Positions 28,460 to 40,453 of a DNA stretch of 64,000 nt are shown here, in pieces. The translations under genes and the position numbers were made by a program. The notes below the pieces were generated by a model that did no database searches, was not told where the DNA came from, and worked only from the letters and a program-made list of their open reading frames with translations. How positions within the stretch are numbered: the stretch's first letter is position 1; each line of letters starts with the position of its first letter. The stretch comes from Actinomycetota bacterium (GTDB taxonomy: Bacteria; Actinomycetota; UBA4738): contig DASXAQ010000103.1 in assembly GCA_036406615.1 (NCBI GenBank), positions 4,574 to 68,573 on the forward strand, read 5' to 3'.

Positions 28460-30172
28460 ATGATGGAGCTTGATCTCCTTCTCGTGCACGCTCCAAGCGT
28501 GTACGACTTCCGGGATCGCGACGACATCCTTTTCGCGTATCTGAGCAACTCCGACAGCGTCCACGTCAGCCCGATCTTCGAGATGCCGCCGGTCGGCGTG
28601 TTCGCGATCGAGCAGCACGTCCGCAAGCAGGGGTTCCGCTCGGCGTTCCTCAACGTGGCCTCCTCGATGCTCAAGCGCCCGGACCTGGACGTGGAGGAGC
28701 TGTTCGCCAACATCAAGACGAAGGTCATCGGGTTCGACCTGCACTGGCTGATCCATTGTCAGGGCGGCCTGGCCCTGTCCAAGCTGTTCAAGGAGATGCA
28801 CCCCGAGACGAAGGTCCTGTTCGGCGGCATCGCCTCGACGTACCACAACGAAGAGCTGTTCCAGTACCCCTGGGTCGACTACGTGATCCGCGGCTACGAC
28901 ACGCTGTACCCGGTCGAGCTGCTGATGAAGTCCGAGAACCGGCCCGAGGCGCTCGAGGAGATCCCCAACCTGACGTGGCGCCGGGGCAGCGAGATCGTCT
29001 CGAACCCGCTGACGTACCTGCCGCGCGTGTTCAGCGCCGCGGTGGACTGGTCGCAGGTGTTCAACCCGGACCGGTCGAACATGACGCCGTACAACCTGGT
29101 GATCCCGCAGGCGGGCTGCGAGTACAACTGCAAGTGGTGCGGCGGCAGCCGGTACTTCTTCGGCAAGTACATGGGCATCTCCAAGCCCTCGCGCGTGCAC
29201 AAGAGCCCGGAGCTGCTCCAGATGGAGCTCAGCAGCATCGCCAAGGCGAACACCGACAACCAGACGGTGACGATGATCGACTTCTGGCACGAGTACGAGG
29301 AGCTGTTCACCGTCGCCGAGGACGTGTTCTTCGACGACAAGATCAAGTCCGTGCATTTCAGCCTGCACCGGCTGCCGAAGATCGAGAAGGCGCAGCGCAT
29401 GGGCGACGGCATCAAGGCGGTGTTCGAGTTGTCGCCGGACTCCCACAACGTGGAGGTGGCGCGCGCCAGCGGCCGCGGCCTCTACACGATGGAGGAGATG
29501 GAGGAGTTCATCGACGCGCTGATCGACAAGGTCTACTCGTTCGAGATCTATTTCATGATCGGGCTGCCGAAGCAGACGCCCGAGCTCGTCATGGAGAACG
29601 TGGAGTACTGCGAGCACCTGCTCGAGAAGTACAAGGGCAAGCGCGTCGTCCCGTTCATGTGCCCGATGCTGCCGTTCCTTGACCCCGGCAGCGAGATCTT
29701 CGACAACCCGGAGAAGAACGGCTACCGCCTGTTCCACCGCACGCTCGAGGAGCACCGGCAGGCGCTGGGCGAGATCAACTGGCGCGACCGGCTCAACTAC
29801 GAGACCGAGTGGATGACCCGCGACCAGCTGGTCGAGGTCTCCTACAAGGCCGTGCGCCAGCTGACGCTGGCCAAGGCCAAGGCGGGGAAGCTCCCGCGGG
29901 GCATCGCCCAGGGCATCGTGGCGCTGATCGACCAGACCCACGAGCTGCTGGACCGGATCGACGCCGTGCAGACGATGCCGGAGGGGCCGGAGAAGGAGGC
30001 GGAGAGCGCGCGGATCCGCGAGGAGGTTCGCGAGTACAACGCGAACCAGTTCCGTTCGATCCGCAGCCAGCAGCGCCCGACCGACGCCGGCTTCGCCCAG
30101 GAGCAGTGGTTCGACACCGAGGGCCTGATCGACCAGATCCTGGGCCGCTCGCTCGAGCCCGCCTCCGCCTGA
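28460..30172 (+). CDS. Cobalamin-binding-domain radical SAM enzyme (class B), substrate unknown
   Basis: N-terminal Rossmann-like B12-binding region (LLLVHAPSVYDF...KVIGFDLHW...KVLFGGIASTY), radical-SAM CEYNCKWC (CxxxCxxC) motif, and a ~200-aa C-terminal extension. GC is roughly 62-64% against a window average near 70%. Confidence 0.8.
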   Translation: MMELDLLLVHAPSVYDFRDRDDILFAYLSNSDSVHVSPIFEMPPVGVFAIEQHVRKQGFRSAFLNVASSMLKRPDLDVEELFANIKTKVIGFDLHWLIHCQGGLALSKLFKEMHPETKVLFGGIASTYHNEELFQYPWVDYVIRGYDTLYPVELLMKSENRPEALEEIPNLTWRRGSEIVSNPLTYLPRVFSAAVDWSQVFNPDRSNMTPYNLVIPQAGCEYNCKWCGGSRYFFGKYMGISKPSRVHKSPELLQMELSSIAKANTDNQTVTMIDFWHEYEELFTVAEDVFFDDKIKSVHFSLHRLPKIEKAQRMGDGIKAVFELSPDSHNVEVARASGRGLYTMEEMEEFIDALIDKVYSFEIYFMIGLPKQTPELVMENVEYCEHLLEKYKGKRVVPFMCPMLPFLDPGSEIFDNPEKNGYRLFHRTLEEHRQALGEINWRDRLNYETEWMTRDQLVEVSYKAVRQLTLAKAKAGKLPRGIAQGIVALIDQTHELLDRIDAVQTMPEGPEKEAESARIREEVREYNANQFRSIRSQQRPTDAGFAQEQWFDTEGLIDQILGRSLEPASA

Positions 30173-30232
30173 TCCCGGCCGGGACGGCGCACCTCGAAAC
30201 CGGGGCCGATCCCCGGCCGCTTCGCCTCGCCG

Positions 30233-30261
30233 TTGACCACTTGCGGTCTCGCCGCTAGACT
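30233..30261 (+). promoter_or_regulatory. groES promoter TTGACC-N17-TAGACT
   Basis: Near-consensus -35 and -10 hexamers with 17-bp spacing, immediately 5' of CIRCE. Confidence 0.5.
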
Positions 30262-30262
30262 G

Positions 30263-30289
30263 TTAGCACTCGCATCGGTCGAGTGCTAA
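30263..30289 (+). promoter_or_regulatory. CIRCE operator (HrcA binding site) TTAGCACTC-N9-GAGTGCTAA
   Basis: Perfect match to the CIRCE consensus inverted repeat, ~55 bp upstream of groES. Confidence 0.92.
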
Positions 30290-30343
30290 CAGCGGCTGAA
30301 GCCCGATGGCGGGCTCAGCCGCCCACCTGGGTCAGAAGGAGGA

Positions 30344-32333
<1,990 letters not shown>

Positions 32334-32371
32334 GAAGTGCGCGCCCGGCGACGGGCGACCAGGTACGAAGC

Positions 32372-32398
32372 GTGAGGCCCCCACGACGGGGGCCTCAC
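32372..32398 (+). terminator. Stem-loop GTGAGGCCCCC-ACGAC-GGGGGCCTCAC downstream of groEL
   Basis: Perfect 11-bp inverted repeat 39 bp after the groEL stop. The U-tract is weak. Confidence 0.5.
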
Positions 32399-32402
32399 TG
32401 CG

Positions 32403-33173
32403 TTGCGGCCCAGGGGTATGCTCGCGGACCGGGGAGGCGAGGCCATGGAGGTCGCGAAAGGCGTTCACCGCCTGACGGGCGGCATCGTCAACTTCTACCT
32501 GGTGGAAGAGGCCGGAAAGCTGACGATCGTCGACGCCGGCGCGCCGACGGACTGGGGGCTGCTCGCCGGAGCGATCGCCCGCATGGGGCTGTCGCCCACG
32601 GACCTTGAGGCGGTGCTGCTGACGCACGCGCACAGCGACCACACGGGCTTCGCGGAACGCGCCCGCGCGTCGGGGTCGCCCGTCTGGGTCCACGAGGCGG
32701 ACGCCGCGGTGGCCAAGGGGGCGAAGCCGCCGAAGAACGACGGCGCCGCGTGGCGCTACCTGTGGCGCCTCGAGTTCTACCGCACGCTGATCTCACTGGC
32801 CCGGCGCGGAGCCACGAAGATCGTGCCGGTCCTGGAGGTCTCGACGTATCGCGACGGGGAGACGATCGAGGTCCCGGGCAGCCCGCGGGTCGTGCATGTG
32901 CCCGGGCACACGCCGGGCATGTGCGCGCTCCTGCTCGAGGACCGGCGCGCGCTGCTCAGCGGCGACGCGGTCGTCACCCGCAACCCGCTGACCGGCCGGA
33001 CCGGACCGCAGATCGCTCCGTCCGGCCTCAACCGCGACACGCCGCTGGCGCTGCGTTCGCTCGACCGGCTGGAGGGCCTCGGGGCCGACGTGCTGTTGCC
33101 CGGACACGGCGAGCCGTGGGAGGGCAGCCTCGGCGACGCGGTGCGCGAGGCCCGGGCCGCCGGCACCTCCTGA
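32403..33173 (+). CDS. MBL-fold metallo-hydrolase
   Basis: LLTHAHSDHTG HxHxDH motif and a later PGHTPG. The start may instead be the ATG at 32445. Confidence 0.75.
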   Translation: MRPRGMLADRGGEAMEVAKGVHRLTGGIVNFYLVEEAGKLTIVDAGAPTDWGLLAGAIARMGLSPTDLEAVLLTHAHSDHTGFAERARASGSPVWVHEADAAVAKGAKPPKNDGAAWRYLWRLEFYRTLISLARRGATKIVPVLEVSTYRDGETIEVPGSPRVVHVPGHTPGMCALLLEDRRALLSGDAVVTRNPLTGRTGPQIAPSGLNRDTPLALRSLDRLEGLGADVLLPGHGEPWEGSLGDAVREARAAGTS

Positions 33174-33177
33174 GGCC

Positions 33178-34320
33178 TCAGCCGAGCGCCGCCGCGCCGG
33201 GCGGCGCCGGCGGGAACGACACCTCGACGCCTTCGGCGGCAAGGTCGTCCAGGAACGCCTCGGCCGCCACCGACGTCTCCGGTGGATGCACGCCGGGCTG
33301 GATGCGTCCCGCCGCCTGCCACCGCGCCATGGTCGCGATGGGGATGGCCGTGCCGAACGCCCCCGCGGACAGTCCCTCCGGCGAGGGACGGAGCAGGGCG
33401 CGCCCAACGAACGTCGTCCCACGGCCGTCGCGCAGGCCGCGGACCACCGCGTCGATGCACTCGACGTCCTGCGGCGCGTCGCCGGCGGATGGAAGCCGGT
33501 TCAGGAGTGCGATCAGCAGGTCCCGCGGCGCGACGGCGCCGCCGGGAAGCTCGACCGGGTCCGTGCCGGCCAGGCCGACGGACACCAGCAGCCGGAACCC
33601 CCGGGCGATCGCTTCGGGGAGCGCCAGTCGCCAGCGCACGTCCCGCACGCCCTCGATCGTGGCCGGCAGCGTCGCCGGCTCGGAGTGCAGCGTGTAGAAG
33701 GCCTCCTGCGCCCCGATCGGCTCGGGGAACTCGTAGCGGACGGTGCCGGACGCGGCCGGGACCTCGCGCATCGTTCCGTCCTCGTAGACCATCGCCGGCA
33801 ACGTGAACTCGTCCAGGACCGTCTCGGCGGAGTACGGCAGCCCGAACTCGCCGCTCCGGTCGACCGCCCCGTCGAGCATGTCGACGGACGTCACCGCGTC
33901 CAGGCGGTCGGCGCCGGCGCGCGCGAGCAGGTTGGTGATCCCGGGGGCGCTCCCGATGCCGAGCACCGCCGACAGGCCGGCCTCCCGGAACTTCGCGTTC
34001 AGCTCCAGCTGCCGGCGCGTCGTGTGGAACAGCCCGCCAAGGTCGGCGTAGTGGCAGCCGGCTGTCAGCGCCGCCTCCATCACCGGCAGGTTCAGCCGGT
34101 AGGGGATGCAGGCCGCGACCGACTGCACGCCCGACAGGGCATCGCGCAGCGATCCCGATCCGATGTCGACGCCGCGATGGTCCGCGCCGATCTCGGCCGC
34201 GACCGTTCGGGCGCGGTCTGCGTCGATGTCCAGCACCAGGATCTCGACGTCGTCGTGGCGCCCGAGGAGGCGCGCGGCCGCGCTCCCCATGGCGCCTGCA
34301 CCCAGCACCCCGATCCGCAT
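33178..34320 (-). CDS. Saccharopine dehydrogenase-like NAD(P)-binding oxidoreductase
   Basis: MRIGVLGAGAMGSAAARLL Rossmann motif. Overall architecture matches a saccharopine dehydrogenase NADP-binding plus C-terminal domain. Confidence 0.65.
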   Translation of the reverse strand: MRIGVLGAGAMGSAAARLLGRHDDVEILVLDIDADRARTVAAEIGADHRGVDIGSGSLRDALSGVQSVAACIPYRLNLPVMEAALTAGCHYADLGGLFHTTRRQLELNAKFREAGLSAVLGIGSAPGITNLLARAGADRLDAVTSVDMLDGAVDRSGEFGLPYSAETVLDEFTLPAMVYEDGTMREVPAASGTVRYEFPEPIGAQEAFYTLHSEPATLPATIEGVRDVRWRLALPEAIARGFRLLVSVGLAGTDPVELPGGAVAPRDLLIALLNRLPSAGDAPQDVECIDAVVRGLRDGRGTTFVGRALLRPSPEGLSAGAFGTAIPIATMARWQAAGRIQPGVHPPETSVAAEAFLDDLAAEGVEVSFPPAPPGAAALG

Positions 34321-34372
34321 GGCGCCCGCAGCATACCGGCGGCGGCGTCCCCGGCCGGCGGAGAGCCCCGTC

Positions 34373-34768
34373 TCAGGGCGGGTTGGCGCGGGCCGTTCGG
34401 GACAGCGCCCATAGCAGCCCGAACGCCAGGGCCACCGTGACGGCCGAAAGGGCCCACCAGACGCCGGCCGACTGGCCGGGATCCAGGCCGAAGGCCAGGT
34501 TGAGGACGGCCACGCTCGCCGCGGCCACCGTCACGAGTTCGAACGCCCAGGCCCACCACCACAGGTCCTCCAGGCGCCGGGAGACCAGCACCTCCAGCAT
34601 GGCCAGGCCGATCGCCTGGACGCCGGCGATGCGCAGCCAGGCCGGATCGGAAGGGGCGGGTTGGCCGAACAGTGAGACCAGCGTGAAGCGGGGAGCCAGG
34701 GCCAGCGCAAGCCCGAGCAGGGCCCACAGGGCGGCCTGCGCCAGGAGGGTGCGCCTGAGGGCGGTCAT
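34373..34768 (-). CDS. Small integral membrane protein (4 predicted TM helices)
   Basis: Hydrophobic segments in MTALRRTLLAQAALWALLGLALALAP... The ATG at 34768 was chosen over the longer ORF reaching 34897. Confidence 0.5.
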   Translation of the reverse strand: MTALRRTLLAQAALWALLGLALALAPRFTLVSLFGQPAPSDPAWLRIAGVQAIGLAMLEVLVSRRLEDLWWWAWAFELVTVAAASVAVLNLAFGLDPGQSAGVWWALSAVTVALAFGLLWALSRTARANPP

Positions 34769-34878
34769 GCGTCCAGTACAATACTTGGGCTTCGGGAGGG
34801 CGGCCGTAGCTCGGCCGCTCTCGCCGTGTTTCAGGGCCGAAGCCGAGGCCGGCCCAATGGGAAGCAGCAGGGGGCCTG

Positions 34879-36288
34879 ATGACGTCGCAAGGACCACGGG
34901 TGGCGGTGATCGGATTGGACTGCGGCACGCCGCAGCTCCTGTTCGACAAGCTCGCCGATGAGATTCCGAACATCAACGCGCTCATGCAACGCGGCATGCA
35001 CGGAGAGCTGGCAAGCATCACGCCGCCGATCACCATTCCCGCATGGGCGTGCTCGATGACCGGCAAGACGCCCGGCCAGCTGGCGATCTACGGGATGCGC
35101 AACCGTAAGGACACGACGTACGACGGGCTGTCGATCGCGTCCAGCCTTGCCGTCAAGGAGCCGGCCGTGTGGGACCTGCTGGGGCAGCGGGGGCTGAAGT
35201 CGCTGCTGATCGGCGTGCCGCCCGGCTTCCCGGCGCGCCCGCTCGAGGGCTGGCGGGTGTCCTGCTTCCTGACGCCGCCGTCCGCCCAGCCCGAGACGAT
35301 CGCGCAGCCGGTCGAGCTGTGGTCGCAGGTGCAGGAGGAATTGGGCGGCGAGGAGTACATCTTCGACATCGCGAACTACCGGGAGAAGGGCAAGGACTTC
35401 GTCCTGGACCAGGTCTTCAAGATGACGGAGCGCCGCTTCCGCGTGGCGCGCAAGCTCGTCAAGGACAAGCCCTGGGACTACTTCATGATGGTCGAGATGG
35501 CGGCCGACCGCCTGCACCACGTCTTCTGGGACGACTTCGATCCGGAGCATCCGAAGTTCGTGCCGGGCAACCCGTTCGAGAACGCGTTCCGCGAGTACTA
35601 CCGGTACCTCGACCGCGAGGTCGGCGCGCTGATCGAGACGCTGCCCGACGACGCCGTCGTCATCCTGATGTCCGATCACGGCGGCCGGCGGATGGTTGGT
35701 GGGGTGTGCTTCAACGACTGGCTGATCCAGGAGGGCTACCTGACGCTGTCGGAGCCGGTGGATACCCAGACGCCCATCGGCAAGGCGCCGATCGACTGGA
35801 GCCGCACGGTGGCGTGGGGCGACGGCGGCTACTACGGGCGCTGCTTCCTGAACGTGAAGGGCCGCGAGCCGCAGGGCATCGTGGACCCCGAGCGCTACGA
35901 GCAGGTCCGCGACGAGCTCATCGCGAAGCTCGAGGCGATGACGGGGCCCGACGGCGAGCCGCTGGGCACCAAGGTCATCAAGCCGCAGGACGCGTACCCC
36001 GAGGTGCGCGGCGTCGCGCCCGACCTCATCGTGTACTTCGGCGACCTGGAGTGGCGCTCGGTCGGCGCCGTCAAGGGCGCCACCGTCGGGGGCGTGTTCA
36101 CGTACGAGAACGACACCGGACCCGACGGCGCGAACCACGACCGCACCGGGGTCTTCGCCATGGCCGGGCTGCCCGGCCAGGCCACCGGCCGGCGCGAGGG
36201 CCTGTCGTTGATCGACGTCGGCCCCTCGATCCTGTCCATGTACGGCATCGACGCGCCCGAGGGCGCGGTCGGAAGGAGCTTCCTGTGA
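34879..36288 (+). CDS. Alkaline-phosphatase-superfamily protein (nucleotide pyrophosphatase/phosphodiesterase-like)
   Basis: [15 protein letters not shown]...[21 protein letters not shown] and ILMSDHGG metal-site-like motifs of the AlkP/NPP superfamily. Confidence 0.7.
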   Translation: MTSQGPRVAVIGLDCGTPQLLFDKLADEIPNINALMQRGMHGELASITPPITIPAWACSMTGKTPGQLAIYGMRNRKDTTYDGLSIASSLAVKEPAVWDLLGQRGLKSLLIGVPPGFPARPLEGWRVSCFLTPPSAQPETIAQPVELWSQVQEELGGEEYIFDIANYREKGKDFVLDQVFKMTERRFRVARKLVKDKPWDYFMMVEMAADRLHHVFWDDFDPEHPKFVPGNPFENAFREYYRYLDREVGALIETLPDDAVVILMSDHGGRRMVGGVCFNDWLIQEGYLTLSEPVDTQTPIGKAPIDWSRTVAWGDGGYYGRCFLNVKGREPQGIVDPERYEQVRDELIAKLEAMTGPDGEPLGTKVIKPQDAYPEVRGVAPDLIVYFGDLEWRSVGAVKGATVGGVFTYENDTGPDGANHDRTGVFAMAGLPGQATGRREGLSLIDVGPSILSMYGIDAPEGAVGRSFL

Positions 36289-36977
36289 CCACCCATCCCC
36301 AGCAGAAGGGCTTCACCGTCTGGTTCACCGGCCTGTCCGGGGCCGGCAAGTCGACGCTGGCCGAGATGCTGTTCCACGAGCTGCGCCGCCGCGACATGCG
36401 CGTCGAGGTGCTGGACGGCGACGTGGTCCGAACGAACCTGTCGAAGGGGCTCGGATTCTCGCGGGAAGACCGCGACACCAACATCCTTCGAATCGGCTTC
36501 GTGGCGAACCTGCTGACCCGAAACGGCGTCGCGACGATCGTCTCGGCGGTCTCACCCTACCGGGATGCCCGCAGTCAGTGCCGGTCGCAGATCAAGGACT
36601 TCGTCGAGGTCTACGTGCACGCCACGGTGGACGAGTGCGCCAAACGCGACGTGAAGGGCTTGTACGAGAAGGCCATGCGCGGCGAGATCACGGGCTTCAC
36701 CGGGGTGAACGATCCGTACGAGGAGCCTCAGAGCCCGGAGATCTATGTCGACACCATGCAGGAGCAGCCGGACGGATCGCTGCAGAAGATCCTGGACTCG
36801 CTGGTGGAGTACGGCTACATCGAGAGCGCCCGGCGCCTGGTGCACGCCGGTGGCGAGCACTCGGGCATGACCGACCTGGACGGATCCATCGGCAACCGCC
36901 TCGCGACCCAGCACTCGACGGCTCCCGCCGACAGCGCGTCCAACGGGAAACAGGAGAGCGCCGAATCCAGCCGGTGA
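36285..36977 (+). CDS. cysC: Adenylyl-sulfate (APS) kinase
   Basis: [19 protein letters not shown]-loop and [35 protein letters not shown] start overlaps the upstream gene's stop (GTGA). Confidence 0.9.
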   Translation: MTTHPQQKGFTVWFTGLSGAGKSTLAEMLFHELRRRDMRVEVLDGDVVRTNLSKGLGFSREDRDTNILRIGFVANLLTRNGVATIVSAVSPYRDARSQCRSQIKDFVEVYVHATVDECAKRDVKGLYEKAMRGEITGFTGVNDPYEEPQSPEIYVDTMQEQPDGSLQKILDSLVEYGYIESARRLVHAGGEHSGMTDLDGSIGNRLATQHSTAPADSASNGKQESAESSR

Positions 36978-37017
36978 TCGTCGGCCGGTCTGCTAGCCTT
37001 CCTCCATGAATCGTCGG

Positions 37018-37045
37018 AACGCCTGCCCTTCCCCGGGCGGGCGTT
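37018..37045 (+). terminator. Hairpin AACGCCTGCCC-ttcccc-GGGCGGGCGTT followed by GTTCTGCGCGTTCTG
   Basis: 11-bp stem with one G-U pair, 40 bp after the cysC stop. The downstream tract is moderately T-rich. Confidence 0.4.
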
Positions 37046-37097
37046 CTGCGCGTTCTGGGGCAGTGTCGCGGCAGGGCTGAGCCACCGGAGGCGGGCC

Positions 37098-38255
37098 ATG
37101 GACATCGAGATCGGCATCGGCAAGACGGGCAAGCGCGCCTACGGCTTCGACGAGGTCGCGATCGTGCCATCGCGTCGCACGCGCGACCCCGACGACGTCG
37201 ACGTGTCGTGGGAGATCGACGCGTGGACGTTCGGCCTGCCGCTCATGGCCTCGGCGATGGACGGGGTCGTCTCGCCGGCGACCGCGATCGAGGTGGGGCG
37301 CCTCGGCGGACTGGCCGTCCTCAACCTCGAGGGCCTGCAGACCCGCTACGACGATCCCGAGCCGGTCTTCGACGAGATCGCGGCCCTGCCTGCGGAGAAG
37401 GCCACCCAGCGGATGCAGGAGCTGTACCGCGAGCCCATCAAGGAGGAATTGATCGTCCGGCGGATCCGAGAGGTCAAGGAATCCGGGGTCGTGACCGCCG
37501 CCTCGCTCACGCCCCAGCGCGTCCGGTCGTACGCCGGGCTCACCCTCGAAGCCGAGCTGGACATCCTGGTCATCCAGGGAACGGTCGTGTCCGCCGAGCA
37601 CGTGTCCACCCAGACCGAGCCGCTGAACCTGAAGGAGTTCATCGCGTCGTTCGACCTCCCGGTGATCGTCGGCGGCTGCGCCTCGTACCAGACGGCCCTG
37701 CACCTGATGCGCACCGGCGCGGTCGGGGTGCTGGTCGGCGTCGGGCCCGGCGCGGCGTGCACCACGCGAGGGGTCCTCGGCGTGGGCGTGCCGCAGGCCA
37801 CTGCCATCGCCGACGCGGCCGGCGCGCGGATGGAGCACCTTCGTGAGACCGGGCGCTACGTCCACGTCATCGCGGACGGCGGGATGCGCACGGGCGGCGA
37901 CGTCGCCAAGGCGATCGCGTGCGGCGCCGACGCGGTCATGATCGGCTCGCCCCTGGCCAAGGCGTACGAGGCGCCCGGCCGCGGCTTCCACTGGGGCATG
38001 GCGACGTTCCACCCGGACCTCCCCCGGGGCGCGCGCGTTGCGACGAAGCAGATCGGGTCGCTCCGCGAGATCCTGGTCGGTCCGGCACACGAGAACGACG
38101 GGACGCTGAACCTGTTCGGGGCGCTGCGCACCTCGATGGCGACGTGCGGCTACGGCTCGGTCAAGGAGTTCCAGAAGGCCGAGCTGGTGGTGGCGCCCGC
38201 GATCAAGACCGAGGGAAAGAAGGAGCAGCAGGCTCAGCAGGTGGGGATGGGCTGA
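37098..38255 (+). CDS. guaB3: GuaB3-type IMP-dehydrogenase-family protein (no cystathionine beta-synthase (CBS) domain pair)
   Basis: [27 protein letters not shown]...[12 protein letters not shown]...[30 protein letters not shown]-barrel motifs. It lacks the CBS domain insert. Confidence 0.82.
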   Translation: MDIEIGIGKTGKRAYGFDEVAIVPSRRTRDPDDVDVSWEIDAWTFGLPLMASAMDGVVSPATAIEVGRLGGLAVLNLEGLQTRYDDPEPVFDEIAALPAEKATQRMQELYREPIKEELIVRRIREVKESGVVTAASLTPQRVRSYAGLTLEAELDILVIQGTVVSAEHVSTQTEPLNLKEFIASFDLPVIVGGCASYQTALHLMRTGAVGVLVGVGPGAACTTRGVLGVGVPQATAIADAAGARMEHLRETGRYVHVIADGGMRTGGDVAKAIACGADAVMIGSPLAKAYEAPGRGFHWGMATFHPDLPRGARVATKQIGSLREILVGPAHENDGTLNLFGALRTSMATCGYGSVKEFQKAELVVAPAIKTEGKKEQQAQQVGMG

Positions 38256-38293
38256 ACTCGGCCGAGGGGCGCGATGGACCGAAGGGGGGTGGC

Positions 38294-39835
38294 GTGACGG
38301 GAGAGCCGCGACCGGTCCTGGTCATGGACTTCGGGGCGCAGTACGCGCAGCTGATCGCCCGCCGCGTGCGCGAGGCCCACGTTTACTCGGAGATCGTCCC
38401 GTTCGACACGCCCGTCGACGAGCTGGCCGCGCGACGACCGGCGGCCCTGATCCTGTCCGGCGGCCCGGCCTCCGTGTACGAACCCGGCGCGCCCGACGCC
38501 GATCCGCGGCTGTTCGACCTCGGCGTGCCGGTGCTCGGCATCTGCTACGGGCAACAGGTGATGGCACGCGCGCTGGGCGGGCGGGTCGAACGCACCGGCG
38601 TGCGCGAGTACGGGCGCACCGAGCTGACCGTCGACGATCCCGGCCGCGTGCTCGCGGACCTGCCCGGCACCGACACGGTGTGGATGAGCCACTCGGACAC
38701 GGTCACGGCCGCTCCGGAGGGGTTCGCCGTGACCGCACACACGTCCGCGGCGCCGGTGGCCGCGTTCGAGGATCGGGCCCGGGGGCTGTACGGGGTGCAG
38801 TTCCATCCCGAGGTCGCGCACACGCCGCACGGCATGCAGGTGCTCAAGCGGTTCCTGTACGACGCGTGCGAGTTGCTGCCCGAATGGACGCCGGCCAACG
38901 TCATCGAACGCGCGGTGGAGCGCGTGCGCCACCAGGCCGGCGACGGCCACGTGCTGTGCGCGCTGTCGGGCGGCGTCGACTCGGCCGTGGCGGCCCTGCT
39001 CGTCTACAAGGCCCTGGGCAAGAACCTTACGTGCGTGTTCGTCGACACCGGCCTGCTGCGCGACGGCGAGGCCGAGCAGGTCGTCGAGACGTTCGACCGG
39101 CACTTCCACGTCCCGCTCGTGCACGCGGAGCGCCGGGACGCGTTCCTGCAACGGCTGGCCGGGGTGGAAGATCCGGAGCGCAAGCGCAAGGTCATCGGCG
39201 AGCTGTTCATCCGCACGTTCGAGGAGATCGCGACCGAACACGGGGAGGCGCGGTTCCTGGTGCAGGGCACGCTGTATCCCGACGTGATCGAGTCGGGGTC
39301 GCGCACCGCCGCCGTGATCAAGAGCCACCACAACGTCGGCGGGCTGCCCGAGGACATGGCCTTCGAGCTGATCGAACCGCTGCGGGACCTGTTCAAGGAC
39401 GAGGTGCGACGGGTGGGCGAGGAGCTGGGGTTGCCGCCCGAGATCGTGTGGCGCCAGCCGTTCCCCGGGCCGGGCCTCGCGGTGCGCGTCGTGGGCGAGG
39501 TGACCCGGGAGCGCCTGGCTGCCGTCCGGGCGGCGGACCGAATCGTGCAGGAGGAGCTTCGGCGCTCGGAGGCCGGGCACGGGCTCTGGCAGGCGTTCGC
39601 CGTGCTGCTCGCCGGCGTGCGAAGCGTCGGCGTCATGGGCGACGGGCGCACGTACGAGAACCCGATCGTGGTGCGGGCGGTCACGAGCGAAGACGCCATG
39701 ACGGCGGACTGGGCACGCCTGCCCCACGACGTGCTCGAGGGCATCTCGTCGCGGATCGTGGCCGAGGTGCCCGGCGTGAACCGGGTCGCCTACGACATCA
39801 CGTCCAAGCCCCCCGGCACGATCGAGTGGGAGTAG
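38294..39835 (+). CDS. guaA: GMP synthase (glutamine-hydrolysing)
   Basis: GATase domain GICYGQQ...HSD, ATP-PPase SGGVDSAV, and canonical C-terminus ...PPGTIEWE. Confidence 0.95.
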   Translation: MTGEPRPVLVMDFGAQYAQLIARRVREAHVYSEIVPFDTPVDELAARRPAALILSGGPASVYEPGAPDADPRLFDLGVPVLGICYGQQVMARALGGRVERTGVREYGRTELTVDDPGRVLADLPGTDTVWMSHSDTVTAAPEGFAVTAHTSAAPVAAFEDRARGLYGVQFHPEVAHTPHGMQVLKRFLYDACELLPEWTPANVIERAVERVRHQAGDGHVLCALSGGVDSAVAALLVYKALGKNLTCVFVDTGLLRDGEAEQVVETFDRHFHVPLVHAERRDAFLQRLAGVEDPERKRKVIGELFIRTFEEIATEHGEARFLVQGTLYPDVIESGSRTAAVIKSHHNVGGLPEDMAFELIEPLRDLFKDEVRRVGEELGLPPEIVWRQPFPGPGLAVRVVGEVTRERLAAVRAADRIVQEELRRSEAGHGLWQAFAVLLAGVRSVGVMGDGRTYENPIVVRAVTSEDAMTADWARLPHDVLEGISSRIVAEVPGVNRVAYDITSKPPGTIEWE

Positions 39836-39851
39836 CCGGGGGCGACGGAAG

Positions 39852-40415
39852 CTAAGCGACCCCGGCGGACCGCCCTCGAGCGGCGCCGGCCATCAGGAAC
39901 GCGGCGGCCAGGGCGAGGCCGAGCGCCATCTCCACGGGCCAGATCCAGGCGGGTCCGAGCAGCCTGCCGTCCACCTGCCTCGCCAGGGGTTCCAGCACGA
40001 ACGCGCCGGCGACGAGCGCGGCGCTCGGCCACCAGCGTTCGACACGCCACCGCTGGCCCAGCAGCCCGAAGACCGGACCGGTCACCAATCCGCCCACGAT
40101 CACCGGGAGGTTCGTGCGGATCCACGCCCAGGCCCCGGACGGGACCGCCCGCAGCGCCACGTTCTCGACCGGGCTCACCGTCATCGCCAGGTAGCCGACC
40201 AGCGCCGCCACCGTCGCGACCAGGCCGAGCAGCATCGCCCGGCGAGCCCGGTTCTGGGTGCAGCCGAACGCGAACGGCAGCAGCAGCCAGGGCGCCGACA
40301 TCTGGCTCACCGACACCGCCCAGGGTCCCAGGGCGAGCATGCTCCTGAGGCTCCCCAGGTACTGGTCGGCCGCACCGAAGGCCAAGCCGGCGAGCGCGGC
40401 GGCGAGGAAGATCAC
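39852..40415 (-). CDS. Hypothetical integral membrane protein
   Basis: Multiple hydrophobic segments (VIFLAAALAGLAFGAADQYLG...). The N-terminal 350 aa of the 542-aa ORF-track entry is low-complexity GC-frame noise, so the start was placed at the GTG at 40415. Confidence 0.45.
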   Translation of the reverse strand: MIFLAAALAGLAFGAADQYLGSLRSMLALGPWAVSVSQMSAPWLLLPFAFGCTQNRARRAMLLGLVATVAALVGYLAMTVSPVENVALRAVPSGAWAWIRTNLPVIVGGLVTGPVFGLLGQRWRVERWWPSAALVAGAFVLEPLARQVDGRLLGPAWIWPVEMALGLALAAAFLMAGAARGRSAGVA

Positions 40416-40453
40416 GCGGCCACGATAGCCGACGGGTTCGCGGCCCGAGCCGG

